Positions 1 through 10,000 of a stretch of 57,322 nt of DNA are shown piece after piece. The notes beneath the pieces are model-generated. The model saw only the letters and a program-made list of their open reading frames with translations. It was not told where the DNA came from and made no database searches. The stretch comes from Candidatus Uhrbacteria bacterium (GTDB taxonomy: Bacteria; Patescibacteriota; Patescibacteriia; JACQRZ01): the NCBI GenBank assembly GCA_016186045.1, contig JACPMJ010000007.1, positions 1 to 57,322 on the forward strand. The letters run 5' to 3'. Made by a program: the position numbers and the translations under genes. How positions within the stretch are numbered: the stretch's first letter is position 1; each line of letters begins with the position of its first letter.

Positions 1-134
1 AGCAAGAAAAATTCTCTATCGAGTGTATGCTGTCTGGAAACGAGGAACGCCGTATGAGAAAAGAGATACCATCGCACAGGATAAAAAAATATCTGAAAAA
101 TAAGTTATCCACTTGACGGAAGATTCCAGGTCTC
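1..134 (+). mobile_element. IS110 element right end
   Basis: Transposase stop at 101-103, followed by cttgacggaagattccaggtctc. A TTGAC -35-like box close to the end is typical of IS110 right ends. The exact boundary is inferred. Confidence 0.55.
2..103 (+). CDS. IS110-family transposase, C-terminal fragment (truncated by window start)
   Basis: Manual translation from base 2 gives ARKILYRVYAVWKRGTPYEKRDTIAQDKKISEK*. This matches the ARK..R..YAV.K.G.PY tail of IS110/IS116 transposases. Not in the ORF track because it lacks a start. Confidence 0.8.
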   Translation, partial: ARKILYRVYAVWKRGTPYEKRDTIAQDKKISEK

Positions 135-274
135 GAACCTCCTCCTTGGCGAAAAACAGGTGCGTGCCAGCGCGCCAAAAATTCTGAATTCGTTTGGGAA
201 AATGGGGGGAAATCAGTGGGACGCGCTTCGCGCGTCCCACTTTCTGGCTTTGAAAAAGCCGTTGAGTTCTGTAT

Positions 275-349
275 TGGTGCACCCGCCAGGAATCGAACCT
301 GGATCACAAGCTCCGCAAGCTCGCATTCTATCCTTTGAACTACGGGTGC
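275..349 (-). tRNA. tRNA-Arg (anticodon GCG)
   Basis: Reverse complement folds as a cloverleaf: GCACCCG acceptor stem, CGAGC-TTGCGGA-GCTTG anticodon arm, GTTCGATTC T-loop, encoded CCA. Confidence 0.93.
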
Positions 350-434
350 AAAAGAAAGACAAGAAAAACAAAACCCAATAACAATCCCCGCTTACACGGG
401 GATTACTATAGCAATTTTTTTTTGATCACGCAAC

Positions 435-986
435 CTATATCTTCAACGTCCGAAATATCGTATCAAAAAATGGTTCAAATTTATGTTCCAAACTCTCCAC
501 GACATACTGTTGCAAATGTCTCCTCAATGCTTCCGGATCCTCTCCATCTAAAGGAATAGCAAGCATTCCATGGATTCCTCCTTTTTCCTGGATATACAAT
601 ATCGGTTCTTCAACGGCATTTTTGATAATCCAAAAAAGTTCTATTTTCCCAAACGGATATTCCTTACTCCCTACGCCTATTTTTTGATGGTCAATAGCGC
701 ATGTAATGCTCTGTGGCTCCTGCACATGCCGTAAAAACAAGATGGCAGTTGCAATGATAATAAGAACTCCAAAAAGAAAATTCCCCGTTGCAATACTATA
801 CACAAGCAACGCCCCCACAATAAGCCCGGCAATCGTATACCAGAGGAGTCCGCGCTCGTGCCGCTCATATGCCTCAAATGTCCATGCAAAAAGCGGGTAC
901 GCTTGTGTCATCTCTTCTTTGTCGTGTTCTTGTTGCATATATTTCATCTCTCCATAAAGTATACCACACTGATGTATGGTCTTCAA
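435..986 (-). CDS. Conserved CPR membrane protein (DUF5673-like; two TM helices plus a PH-like domain)
   Basis: W...EY.RHER...WY motif followed by two hydrophobic helices. The true start may be slightly downstream. Confidence 0.6.
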   Translation of the reverse strand: MKTIHQCGILYGEMKYMQQEHDKEEMTQAYPLFAWTFEAYERHERGLLWYTIAGLIVGALLVYSIATGNFLFGVLIIIATAILFLRHVQEPQSITCAIDHQKIGVGSKEYPFGKIELFWIIKNAVEEPILYIQEKGGIHGMLAIPLDGEDPEALRRHLQQYVVESLEHKFEPFFDTIFRTLKI

Positions 987-987
987 A

Positions 988-1220
988 TGTCCGATTCGGA
1001 GAGGGAGGGATTTCCGCTCTTCGTCATCTGGATTATTCTATATGATGACTTCATTTGTCCTGGGCAGCAATCAAACATTCACTGGATGTTTGATTGGCAC
1101 AAAGCTTCGGACTTCTCCTCGCTTTGTTGCTGCCCGTTCGAATCCCTTTTCATCTCTTATATTGAACAATAACAGACTATCCTATAGTCTCCTATTGTCC
1201 GATTCGGAGAGGGAGGGATT
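988..1220. repeat. tRNA-linked repeat: 25-bp direct repeats (988-1012 and 1196-1220) enclosing a highly structured spacer
   Basis: tgtccgattcggagagggagggatt occurs twice. The spacer contains the stems gggcagca/tgctgccc, tcaaacat/atgtttga, acaaagc/gctttgt and gtcatc/gatgac. Confidence 0.8.
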
Positions 1221-1295
1221 CGAACCCTCGATACGGTTTTAACGCCGTATAACAGGTTAGCAACCTGCCGCTTTCGACCACTCAGCCACCTCTCC
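1205..1295 (-). tRNA. tRNA-Ser (anticodon GCT)
   Basis: GGAGAGG acceptor stem, GCAGG-TTGCTAA-CCTGT anticodon arm, long variable arm, GTTCGAATC T-loop. CCA is not encoded. Confidence 0.95.
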
Positions 1296-1418
1296 ATAAA
1301 CTGAATAGTTCTACTATACGAAAAAAAGAGTAATGTGTCAATGAACCTTTAACGGATGTCATTGACGGCGAGCTCTTTTTTTCATATACTTCTCATACAT
1401 GCCATATTTTTGCTTTCC

Positions 1419-2639
1419 ATGAAATCATTTTTCAAAAAAATCATCCCGAAAAAACTCATCATTCTGTTTTGGCATAAACCAAAAGCCATGCTTGCGGCTT
1501 TGCTTTTTGGATTTCCCGCACACCGATTGGTCTGTATCGCAGTTGCCGGAACAAAGGGAAAAACAAGCACCGCATACTACCTCAGCCATATTTTGGATTC
1601 CGCAAACATAAAAAATGTACTCTTCTCCACTGGCGCACTCAAGATAGACCGGGAAGAAACACTGAACACACTGAAACTCACCACGCCAACGCCGTTTTTT
1701 CTCCATTCATTTCTTGCAAAAGCTTGCAGACACGGCTGTACGCATGCCATTATAGAGGTGTCATCCCACGCCATTGATCAACATCGCATCTGGGGTATCC
1801 CGTTTTCACTTGCCATCATGACAAACCTTACGCCAGACCACTTGGAATACCACACTGATCATGAAGAATACATTACCGTTCACAAACGCCTCGTGACAAA
1901 AAAAATTACCGCGATCTTTCTGAATGGCGATGATAAAAATCTTTTGCCATTTTCCTCATTTCCGGCGGCAAAACAAATCTTTACAACAGATCCATTCATG
2001 AAAAAAATAAAAGCCGAGTCTCCACTCCCGGGCGCGTTCAATGCGATGAATCTGCTCATGGCGGCATGTGCAGGACGACGATTAAATATATCGGAAAATA
2101 CCATTCTCACGGCAATAAAAACCATGACAAGCGCGCCCGGACGCACGGAAAAAATCAGCGAGGGCCAAAACTTTGACGTGATCGTTGACTACGCGCATTC
2201 CCCGGAATCGCTCAAAAACTTCTTTGAGGCATTCAGGCTCGCATACAAAAAAAATATAATTGCGGTATTTGGCGCATGCGGAGATCGGGATCCGCAACAG
2301 CGCCCGTGGATGGGAAAAATTCTTGATACCTATGCGGATATCTGCATCATCACTACTGACGATCCTTATTCCGAAAACCCAAACGCTATTGCCAGTCATA
2401 TACAAAGCGGTATCATGCAGAAAAAACCCAACGAGACGCTATTTAATATTCCTGATAGAAAAGAGGCGATGCGCAAGGCGTTTTCGCTTGCTCGCGAAGG
2501 CGACTGCGTTTGTATCCTGGGAAAGGGCGCGGAACAATGGCAAGTGTTTGGAGCAAATGGAACAAAAAAAATACCATGGGACGATCGAAAAATTGCGCGG
2601 GAATTGCTCACTCCTCCCGCGCAAACGTCAGGCCAATGA
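1419..2639 (+). CDS. murE: UDP-N-acetylmuramyl-tripeptide synthetase MurE
   Basis: GTKGKTST P-loop, LTTP, EVSSH, TNLTPDHLEYH, DYAHSP and GKGAE motifs. Start placed at MKSFF (1419). Confidence 0.9.
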   Translation: MKSFFKKIIPKKLIILFWHKPKAMLAALLFGFPAHRLVCIAVAGTKGKTSTAYYLSHILDSANIKNVLFSTGALKIDREETLNTLKLTTPTPFFLHSFLAKACRHGCTHAIIEVSSHAIDQHRIWGIPFSLAIMTNLTPDHLEYHTDHEEYITVHKRLVTKKITAIFLNGDDKNLLPFSSFPAAKQIFTTDPFMKKIKAESPLPGAFNAMNLLMAACAGRRLNISENTILTAIKTMTSAPGRTEKISEGQNFDVIVDYAHSPESLKNFFEAFRLAYKKNIIAVFGACGDRDPQQRPWMGKILDTYADICIITTDDPYSENPNAIASHIQSGIMQKKPNETLFNIPDRKEAMRKAFSLAREGDCVCILGKGAEQWQVFGANGTKKIPWDDRKIARELLTPPAQTSGQ

Positions 2640-3306
2640 CATCCTGCGCACCGGCATTCTTCAATGTCCGCGCCGCTTCAATCAACGTTGCGCCGGTGGT
2701 ATACACATCGTCAATAAGATAGATGATGCTCCCCTGTATATTTTCTTTGTCATGGACAGCAAACGCTCCCGCGATATTTTTCATTCGATCAAATCCGGAA
2801 AGCTCCACCTGACTCTGCGTATTCACAACGCGCTCAAGCGCACCTGCGACAATCGGCATCTGCAGTTCTCTCGCATACGCGCGCGCAATCAATTCCGATT
2901 GATTAAACCCGCGATCACGGAATCTTTTCTTATGAATGGGAATAGGGACGACGCGTGCGTGCGTCGCCGTCTCACGCCGGCATGAGACATATGCACGCGC
3001 AAGCAAGACGCCCATCACAGCTCCCACGTCAGCGACATATTCGTACTTCAACGCATGCACCATCTTTCGCGCGAAAGGATCCATATACGAATATGCGGAA
3101 AACAAAAAAGAGACTGGCGTGTTTCTTGCGCAGTCTCCGCAAAACATCCCTTCGCTTTCTTTTTTGCAAATCACGCACCCGCGAAGAATGTATGGCAAAA
3201 TAGCCGTTTGACACTCCTCACATGCCCACATGCCTTCTCTGCCGCACCGCAGACATTGTTTGGGAAATATGGCATCGACAAGCCACCGGAACATTCTTAT
3301 TTCCAT
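2608..3306 (-). CDS. comF: ComF-family double zinc ribbon / phosphoribosyltransferase (competence)
   Basis: FPKQCxxC...CxxC zinc ribbons, RGFNQS, and the IDDVYTTGAT PRT motif. Confidence 0.9.
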   Translation of the reverse strand: MEIRMFRWLVDAIFPKQCLRCGREGMWACEECQTAILPYILRGCVICKKESEGMFCGDCARNTPVSFLFSAYSYMDPFARKMVHALKYEYVADVGAVMGVLLARAYVSCRRETATHARVVPIPIHKKRFRDRGFNQSELIARAYARELQMPIVAGALERVVNTQSQVELSGFDRMKNIAGAFAVHDKENIQGSIIYLIDDVYTTGATLIEAARTLKNAGAQDVIGLTFAREE

Positions 3307-3947
3307 GTCGCGCTATCCACCAGCCACACGCTATCTTCCTTTTTGAATGTCACAAAAATATCCTGGGTATATACTTTGAAATTTGTGGGTGTCCCAATGT
3401 ATTCTCTTCGCTGGGTTGTCACCAAAAATTCCCCCTTGCCGGCAGTTTGATCAATCGACGTCACTTTATATGAAAGCGCCTTGGTGACGACGCCGGTATA
3501 CGACGTGGGAAATGGCTTGCTGGCCCCCTCTGCAATAAGCAGTTCCGATTTCTTCTTGAGGTCCTCTGTCATGTATGGAAATAAATCTTTGATGTTCTCA
3601 AAATTATTCTGGTTTGAAAATGTGCCATACCGATCCACAAACGGCAGGGTTAGCGCGACAAGTTTCGCGGTCACCTCATCCGGCTGTTCTTGGGGCTGTT
3701 GAAGAGGGATCTGTGTGGGAGTCTGTCCGACAGGGGGAGCATTTTGTGCTCCATTTTGGTTTGTAGGGCCCTCCGTATCTACCGGCGCTCCGCCATTGTC
3801 TTCTATGGGGCTTTCAATAATCGGCGTCTCGCTTACCGACGCCTGTTGGGCTTGAAAAAATCGTGTTGTCTGCCATATCACAACGACAATGAGGATCACG
3901 ACGGTTCCGATAAGAGCGGATAAGATGACTTTGAGTCGTATGGGCAT
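3297..3947 (-). CDS. Membrane-anchored protein of the T4SS-like cluster (possible VirB8/NTF2-like fold)
   Basis: N-terminal TM helix, Pro/Gln linker, FVDRYGTFSNQ motif, C-terminal beta strands ending WLVDSATW. Lies immediately downstream of VirB4. The fold is inferred. Confidence 0.55.
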   Translation of the reverse strand: MPIRLKVILSALIGTVVILIVVVIWQTTRFFQAQQASVSETPIIESPIEDNGGAPVDTEGPTNQNGAQNAPPVGQTPTQIPLQQPQEQPDEVTAKLVALTLPFVDRYGTFSNQNNFENIKDLFPYMTEDLKKKSELLIAEGASKPFPTSYTGVVTKALSYKVTSIDQTAGKGEFLVTTQRREYIGTPTNFKVYTQDIFVTFKKEDSVWLVDSATWK

Positions 3948-3982
3948 AGGAATAGTTCTTAGTACTTAGTGTCACTTCACAA

Positions 3983-5869
3983 TTATTTTTTGTGTGTCTC
4001 TTCAAACTCTTTTTTTGCCGCATCTATCTCCAAAAGCTGGCGCGGATCCGTGGTAATAAGCTGATCCTCTGAATATGACGCGACCACCTTGATGGCAACA
4101 TGCTTTTGTCCGGCAAAAAAGATGCCTTCACCGGGCGCGCTTTCCAAAAGAAGATATTTCTCTCCCTCTGTCAGCATAAATGTTTTTTGGATAACATCAA
4201 TAGCTGCCGGGGATTGCTTGAGAAGAATCTGGATTGCGGAATTTGTAAGAATCGCCTTACCGTATTGAGAGTTCAAAAAATCATTCACATCCTGTGTAAT
4301 AGTGGTGACACCAAGATAATACTTGCGACACCGCTTTACTAATGCAAAAATAAATCGCGCGGAATCCTCATGTTGCATCAGCCACCACGCCTCATCAATG
4401 ACGAGAATGCGTTTTTTCCGCTCCGAACGGACCGTATTCCAAATATAATTGACAATCGTATAAATCGCACTCGGCCGCAATTCATCCTCAAGATCGCGAA
4501 CGGAAAATATCACCAATTGGTTGCGCATCTCCACATTTGTCGGATGGTTCAAAAGCCCGGCAAACGTGCCTTCCGTGTATTTCCGCAAACGCATAGGAAG
4601 TGTTCCGGTGCCCTCCATGCCCTCCAATACGTCCAAAAGGTCACTGACAATGGGTGGCTCAGCAGTGGAAAGATCTGTATCAGCAGTGATGTCCTTTTTT
4701 GCATATGTCTCAATAAGCGCGCGATCCATAATGGAATCCTCTTCCTGGGTAAACTGCCCAAGCATAAGCCGCATCAGACCCTTCAGGGTAATCACCGCGC
4801 TTCGGATAATATCCGCGGTAGACACCTGCTCTCCCACGGGCCGCGGAAGATCAAACGGGTTGATCTTGCTTTGCGATGAAAGTGAAATATTAATAAACGT
4901 ACCTCCCACCGCCTCGCACAAATGCTGGTACTCACGCTCTGGGTCGATAATAATCACATCCACGCCCATCATCATGGAGCGCAATACTTCAAGTTTAATG
5001 GTATAGCTTTTGCCTGCTCCGGATGTTGCAAATACCACTTCATTCGCGTTTTGCATGGAAAACCGATCGAAGAGAATGAGACTATTATTATGCCGATTGA
5101 TGCCATAGAGAATGCCAGTATCCGACGTAAGATCGGATGAAATAAATGGAAACGCGGCTGCCGCAGGGGATGTATTCATGTTAAAACCGATTTGAAGCTC
5201 GTCATTGCAGATGGGAATTGTAGAATTGAACCCCTGCTCTGCCTGATATAACACGCGCTTGGTATAGACGATCTTTGAGCCAAATACCCCCTCCATGTCT
5301 TCTGTCAGCCGATCAAGCTCCTCAAGAGATTTTGCGTACAGCGTCACATAGAGACCAACGGAAAAAAAATGCTCAGTGCCTTGCGTAAGGTCGTCGCGAA
5401 GTTGTTCCACATCCCGCAAGGCGGTCTCTGCGGCCGGATCACGCGGCTTTCCCTTGTCCGCGGCCATGCCGATTTCAGCCTGCAGAGTCCCCGCCTTATT
5501 CCGCAGCTGTTTCAGCACCATCTGCACGGGCAAGGGGGCAAAAAAGATGGATATGTCAAACGATGCGCTGTAATTGATAATGGGAGAAAACCAGCCAACC
5601 GCGATATAGCGTGGATAACCTACCACAAAAAGCGTCCGGACAAACTGCGTACCCAAACGCGCGTAGGTTGTCTGAATCTCAAATGATGCCGGAGCGATAA
5701 AATCACGCAAGGCAACCAAGCCACGCCGATAGGCAAACTCTTCCTCCAAGATTTTTTTTTGCGTTTCTTTTGCGCGCGCTTTTTCCGTTTGCGCAGAAAT
5801 TTTTTGCGTTTCTTGCGCAGACGCGCTTTTTTTGACCTCTTTTTTTGGAACTACCGGCTGGAATGCCAT
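3983..5869 (-). CDS. virB4: VirB4/TraC-like type IV secretion ATPase
   Basis: Walker A ATSGAGKS, IIIDPEREY, INPFDL, Walker B VIDEAW, and RCRKY...ITQD. Confidence 0.9.
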   Translation of the reverse strand: MAFQPVVPKKEVKKSASAQETQKISAQTEKARAKETQKKILEEEFAYRRGLVALRDFIAPASFEIQTTYARLGTQFVRTLFVVGYPRYIAVGWFSPIINYSASFDISIFFAPLPVQMVLKQLRNKAGTLQAEIGMAADKGKPRDPAAETALRDVEQLRDDLTQGTEHFFSVGLYVTLYAKSLEELDRLTEDMEGVFGSKIVYTKRVLYQAEQGFNSTIPICNDELQIGFNMNTSPAAAAFPFISSDLTSDTGILYGINRHNNSLILFDRFSMQNANEVVFATSGAGKSYTIKLEVLRSMMMGVDVIIIDPEREYQHLCEAVGGTFINISLSSQSKINPFDLPRPVGEQVSTADIIRSAVITLKGLMRLMLGQFTQEEDSIMDRALIETYAKKDITADTDLSTAEPPIVSDLLDVLEGMEGTGTLPMRLRKYTEGTFAGLLNHPTNVEMRNQLVIFSVRDLEDELRPSAIYTIVNYIWNTVRSERKKRILVIDEAWWLMQHEDSARFIFALVKRCRKYYLGVTTITQDVNDFLNSQYGKAILTNSAIQILLKQSPAAIDVIQKTFMLTEGEKYLLLESAPGEGIFFAGQKHVAIKVVASYSEDQLITTDPRQLLEIDAAKKEFEETHKK

Positions 5870-5881
5870 ATTCGCGGTCCT

Positions 5882-6586
5882 TTAATATTCTTCTATCTGT
5901 AATTTATTCGTCTCCACCATCTTTTCCTGCGGCGCTGTTTCAAAATTATATATGGAATAAAAAAGCTCTATCAGGCTCTGGGTATCCAATTTCGCCGAAT
6001 TCAAACCCAAACTTCGCAAGCCGGACATCACGGTCTCCACCCGCAAATCAAGAAAATGTTTCCGCTGGAAAAACCGCTCACGGCTCAGCACCACGTCTCC
6101 TGACGCGGAAAAAATAGTCTTTGCCTGCTGGATAAAGCCCTTGCGCACGTCTGCCATGGGATTATACGGAACCGCGATAAAAAATTTCTTGTCCATAATC
6201 TGACCAATCTGCACAAGTTCCGAAACGTATTTCCGATACTCCGCCATTTGCATTTTTAAAAGGTCATTTGTCTGTTCTTTTTCTATCTTTTCAAGTCGCG
6301 TCAGGTATTTTGTGATGTCAAATATACGGGATTGCACCACAATCTGTAAAGGAAAATCAATAGTATTCAAAAAATTCTGATATCCCAAAATAGTCGCCTG
6401 CTGTTCGTCTTCTGATTTGAGAAAAAAATTAACGGACGCAACCAAAATCACTGCGCAAAGCGTACCGTCTTTCAAAATGACAGTATCGTTGGTAATTTCG
6501 CGTATCTTGACATATTTTTGTGTTGACGGCGTTGATTTCGTCGCCGCCATACCGGCCGCCTCGGTTGTTTTTTTCTTCGCTGCCAT
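5882..6586 (-). CDS. TraC/VirB4 N-terminal-like T4SS accessory protein
   Basis: STQ...I.EI....V.LKDG...SVNF.LKSEDEQ...FLN..DFPLQIVVQSR pattern. Sits between PrgI and VirB4. Confidence 0.7.
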   Translation of the reverse strand: MAAKKKTTEAAGMAATKSTPSTQKYVKIREITNDTVILKDGTLCAVILVASVNFFLKSEDEQQATILGYQNFLNTIDFPLQIVVQSRIFDITKYLTRLEKIEKEQTNDLLKMQMAEYRKYVSELVQIGQIMDKKFFIAVPYNPMADVRKGFIQQAKTIFSASGDVVLSRERFFQRKHFLDLRVETVMSGLRSLGLNSAKLDTQSLIELFYSIYNFETAPQEKMVETNKLQIEEY

Positions 6587-6625
6587 ATAAGGATTATTGT
6601 ACCATGAAATGCCTGTCTTAAAAAT

Positions 6626-7075
6626 CTAAAAAAGTTCCGTTCCTTCATCGTCCGCGCGCGCGCCCTGATAAATGCCGCCGGTATCCACCACCAGCAGGAG
6701 CTCTGACATGCGCTGGTCTGAAATCCGCTGATGTTTGAGTTCCTCGATTTTTTCTTTTTTCTCTGACGTTTCTTCTTCCATACGCGCAATATTGAATTCC
6801 TTTCTCCATACCATGAGTGGCGGATGCATGACTGCGCGCGTCACATTCAGGATAAAAAAATGAAACGCCTGGCCATTTATCTTCAAAAAACCAAGAATGC
6901 CGCCCACAAGCGCAAGTACGATGGCGATGGGAATAAATAGCGCAAGCGGAAACATTTTATACGTTACAAATATCAGTAGGGCATCCACAAACACAATGGC
7001 AAATTGCCGAACCGTAATAGGTCCCATGATTTTGTCTTCGTTTTCTATAAATTGTGGGACTGTCACTTGTTCCAT
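6626..7075 (-). CDS. PrgI-family (VirB3-like) membrane protein
   Basis: VPQFIENEDKIMGPITVRQF motif plus two TM helices and ING. Confidence 0.85.
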   Translation of the reverse strand: MEQVTVPQFIENEDKIMGPITVRQFAIVFVDALLIFVTYKMFPLALFIPIAIVLALVGGILGFLKINGQAFHFFILNVTRAVMHPPLMVWRKEFNIARMEEETSEKKEKIEELKHQRISDQRMSELLLVVDTGGIYQGARADDEGTELF

Positions 7076-7084
7076 AAGAAAAAT

Positions 7085-10000
7085 TTACATTCGTATCCGT
7101 TCGTTGAGCTCAAGTACGGCATCAAATTCCTGCTCCGTAAGGTATGGCTTTTCTTCAGCCTTCAGCTGGTCAATGACGCTTGTGATGCTCTTGCCCTTTA
7201 TAAGCGCCGTCTGGCCAATCTGCACATAGAGCATATTGATCTCATTCTCGCGCCATGCGGCAATTGCCGTGAGTTTTTTGGTGAATGATTCGCGCTCCAT
7301 CGCCTGAATCTTATCATAGATACGACTGGCGGCGTTCAACGGATCTTCAGACAGCCGGCGAAAATCCTTCAGTGTCAAAATCTTCAATTCTTCTATGGTA
7401 TCCACTAAGCGCGGCGACCGCCTCACATCTGAAAAAGAAACTTTTCCCGGCTGCGGGGGAGCGGATTTCACGCTGACCGGAATATGAAAAATATTTGAAA
7501 ATAGTCCACCGCTCGCAGGCTGTCCGTGCGGCATAACACCGGTAGACAACTCTTGGAGCGTCTGCGGCGCAGATATGGATTCTGGTTCTGGCTTTTGCGT
7601 CTGCGCAGGTATCAAAAGCGATACTGAATCTGTTTTCTCCTGCACAGGTTGTTCAATATTTTTCACTTGTTCTTCTTCCTGCTTTTTTTGCTGTTCTTCC
7701 ACTACCTTCCAAGTACCTTCTTCTGCGCGCGCTTTCTGTGTTTGCTCGGCCTCGCGTTTCTGTTCTTCTTCTGCTTTTCGAGCTTTTTCTTTTTCCGCCT
7801 GCTCTCGCGCGGCTTGCTCGGCTTTTTGCTTTTTTTGCTGTTCTTCCATAGCCTTCCGCGCAATTTCCTCTTCTTTTTTCTTCTCTTCCTCTCGCTTTCT
7901 CTGTTCTTCTTCAGCATATTTTCTTGCGCGCTGTTCTTCGTCATCCTTTTGAACGGATATCTGCGCCGCTTGAGTTGACGGGGCGGTCAAATACGTTCCC
8001 TTCTGTTTTTCAACGATCATGGGTACGCCGTCAACCTCCTCAATAGCAAGCTCAGGTAATCCGGCATGTTGGATATGCGGCATATCCACTGCGCCAAAAA
8101 ATGAATGCGGCTGTTTATGACTCACAACCGCTCCCTCAGTTCCGGCTTCTTTTGCAGTTTGTTGAATGGACAGCTTTTTTGCAAAAAATGTCGGCACCGC
8201 TTTCAATGCTTTCCGAAAAGGGAGTGTGTCTAATTTCAAAGGGATTGCAAAATATGTTTGTTTCACAACAAGTGGTGGCAGAGCCATGTGTACCTTTTCC
8301 TCCAAAAACCCCGGAGAAACGTGCACGGTTTCTTTTTCTTTCTGTGCAAAAGTCATCGGAGGCGGTGCAAATTCTTTTGGCGAGACATATTGGGGAGGTA
8401 TAAGCGACGGTTTTGGCGGATGAGGCGGCACTGGCTTTTTCATGGAAATAGGTATGTTCCTCATGGCGCTCATCTCCGGAAACTGGGGAAGAACAAGTGG
8501 CAGAAAAGGCAGTTTAGGAACGCCATGGGAGGCAACGGGTCGCGATCTGCCAAATTTTTTTGGCTGGGGAGTGAACTCGCGCCGTACCAATTCCTTAATC
8601 TCTTGGACGTCTTTTTTAATAGAAGTTGATGGAGCGCTTACCTCTTTGATATTTATCACGCCCTGTGATATAAGATCCGTAGCCATATTTGCATTCCGCA
8701 CAATCGCATGTGCTGTTTTCACATCCAATCCAAATCCACCGGTCTTTACCGACTCGCTCAGCCGCTCTCGTATTTCAATGGCGGTGCGAATATTTCTTAG
8801 ACGCGTCACGACCGCCTTTTGCAAGCGCGCATGGAACGCCGGATCAGTAATCACAATACCACTCATAGAAAGTACTTCATGCGCAAGTTCCTCATAATTT
8901 TTTCCTGAAAAAGGACTCGGCCGGAGCTGTTCTTCTATCATGATATCTGCTGCGGATATTTCATGGATTGTAGGTGGAGTTTGAAAAAATGCATCACGCG
9001 CCTCCACTACAAGAGGCGCCAAGGAGTGGAGAGACTGGGACGGAGCAGGTAATTCCGGCACTGCCAATATTGATTCCGGCAAAGAAAATGAAGATGCATA
9101 TTCCTCCCTGTCCAAAGGCAAAGGAGCGGCGCTCGCGGCACCAGCTCCCTCTTGTTCGCGTGCAGTGTCTTGCGCCTGCACATCCTGTCTAAAAGGCGAC
9201 AGCGGCGCTGAAGGTGGACGATCATCCGGTGAGGGACTTTCTTCTTCATCATACGAACTCCCTTCTTCGCCATAGGGAATGATTACCCACTGCTCCTGCG
9301 GAATATGCGCAAGACTTTCCGGAAATAGCCGCGCCGTCCGATATACCTCCAAAATATGGCGGAGTATCTCCCTGTCCTGCTCCTGTAAGCGACGGGCGTT
9401 TTTGTTTTGCGCCAGATATTGCGCAATGTGCAAAGTTGAAGGATCACCGTCTGAAAAACTGATAAAATCCTTCAGCCATTCAACAGTATATGAAGAGTAT
9501 GTTTTTCCATCTCGCTCAATATGCGCTCCCTCACCAATGGTCTGCTTATTTTCATAGAGCGCACGAAGAAATTCCGCAGAATAGCCTTTGACATTCAAGA
9601 AAAGATCCACGGCAAGATCGTTAAATGCACGCTTGCCTGTGTCATCTGCGCTTAGATAATCTATAAAATTCTTTTCAATAATATAATGAAACTGCATGCG
9701 CCTTTGATCAAGAGGCAACGCATGAATGTTCCTGATATGCTCTCTCATCTGCTCATTTGCAAATCTCATAAGCGCTTTCAGCAGTATGCTCTTTCCTATA
9801 TATACCCCTTCATCCACACCAAATGCCTGTAATATCTCTCTACTATCCATAAAATAATGCGGAAACGGCGCGACAAACTCGCCCATGATGTCCTGCGCAA
9901 GTTCTTCTGTTTTTTCCGCAGAAAATCCAAAAATCTTTTTGACATGCCGCGGAATGTCTCCCAAGACGACGTCTTTGAGTAATACATCCATAACAATATC

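Noticed and set aside
1013-1195. Group I intron in tRNA-Ser
   Set aside because: The tRNA is uninterrupted, the element lies outside it, and I could not identify group I core motifs.
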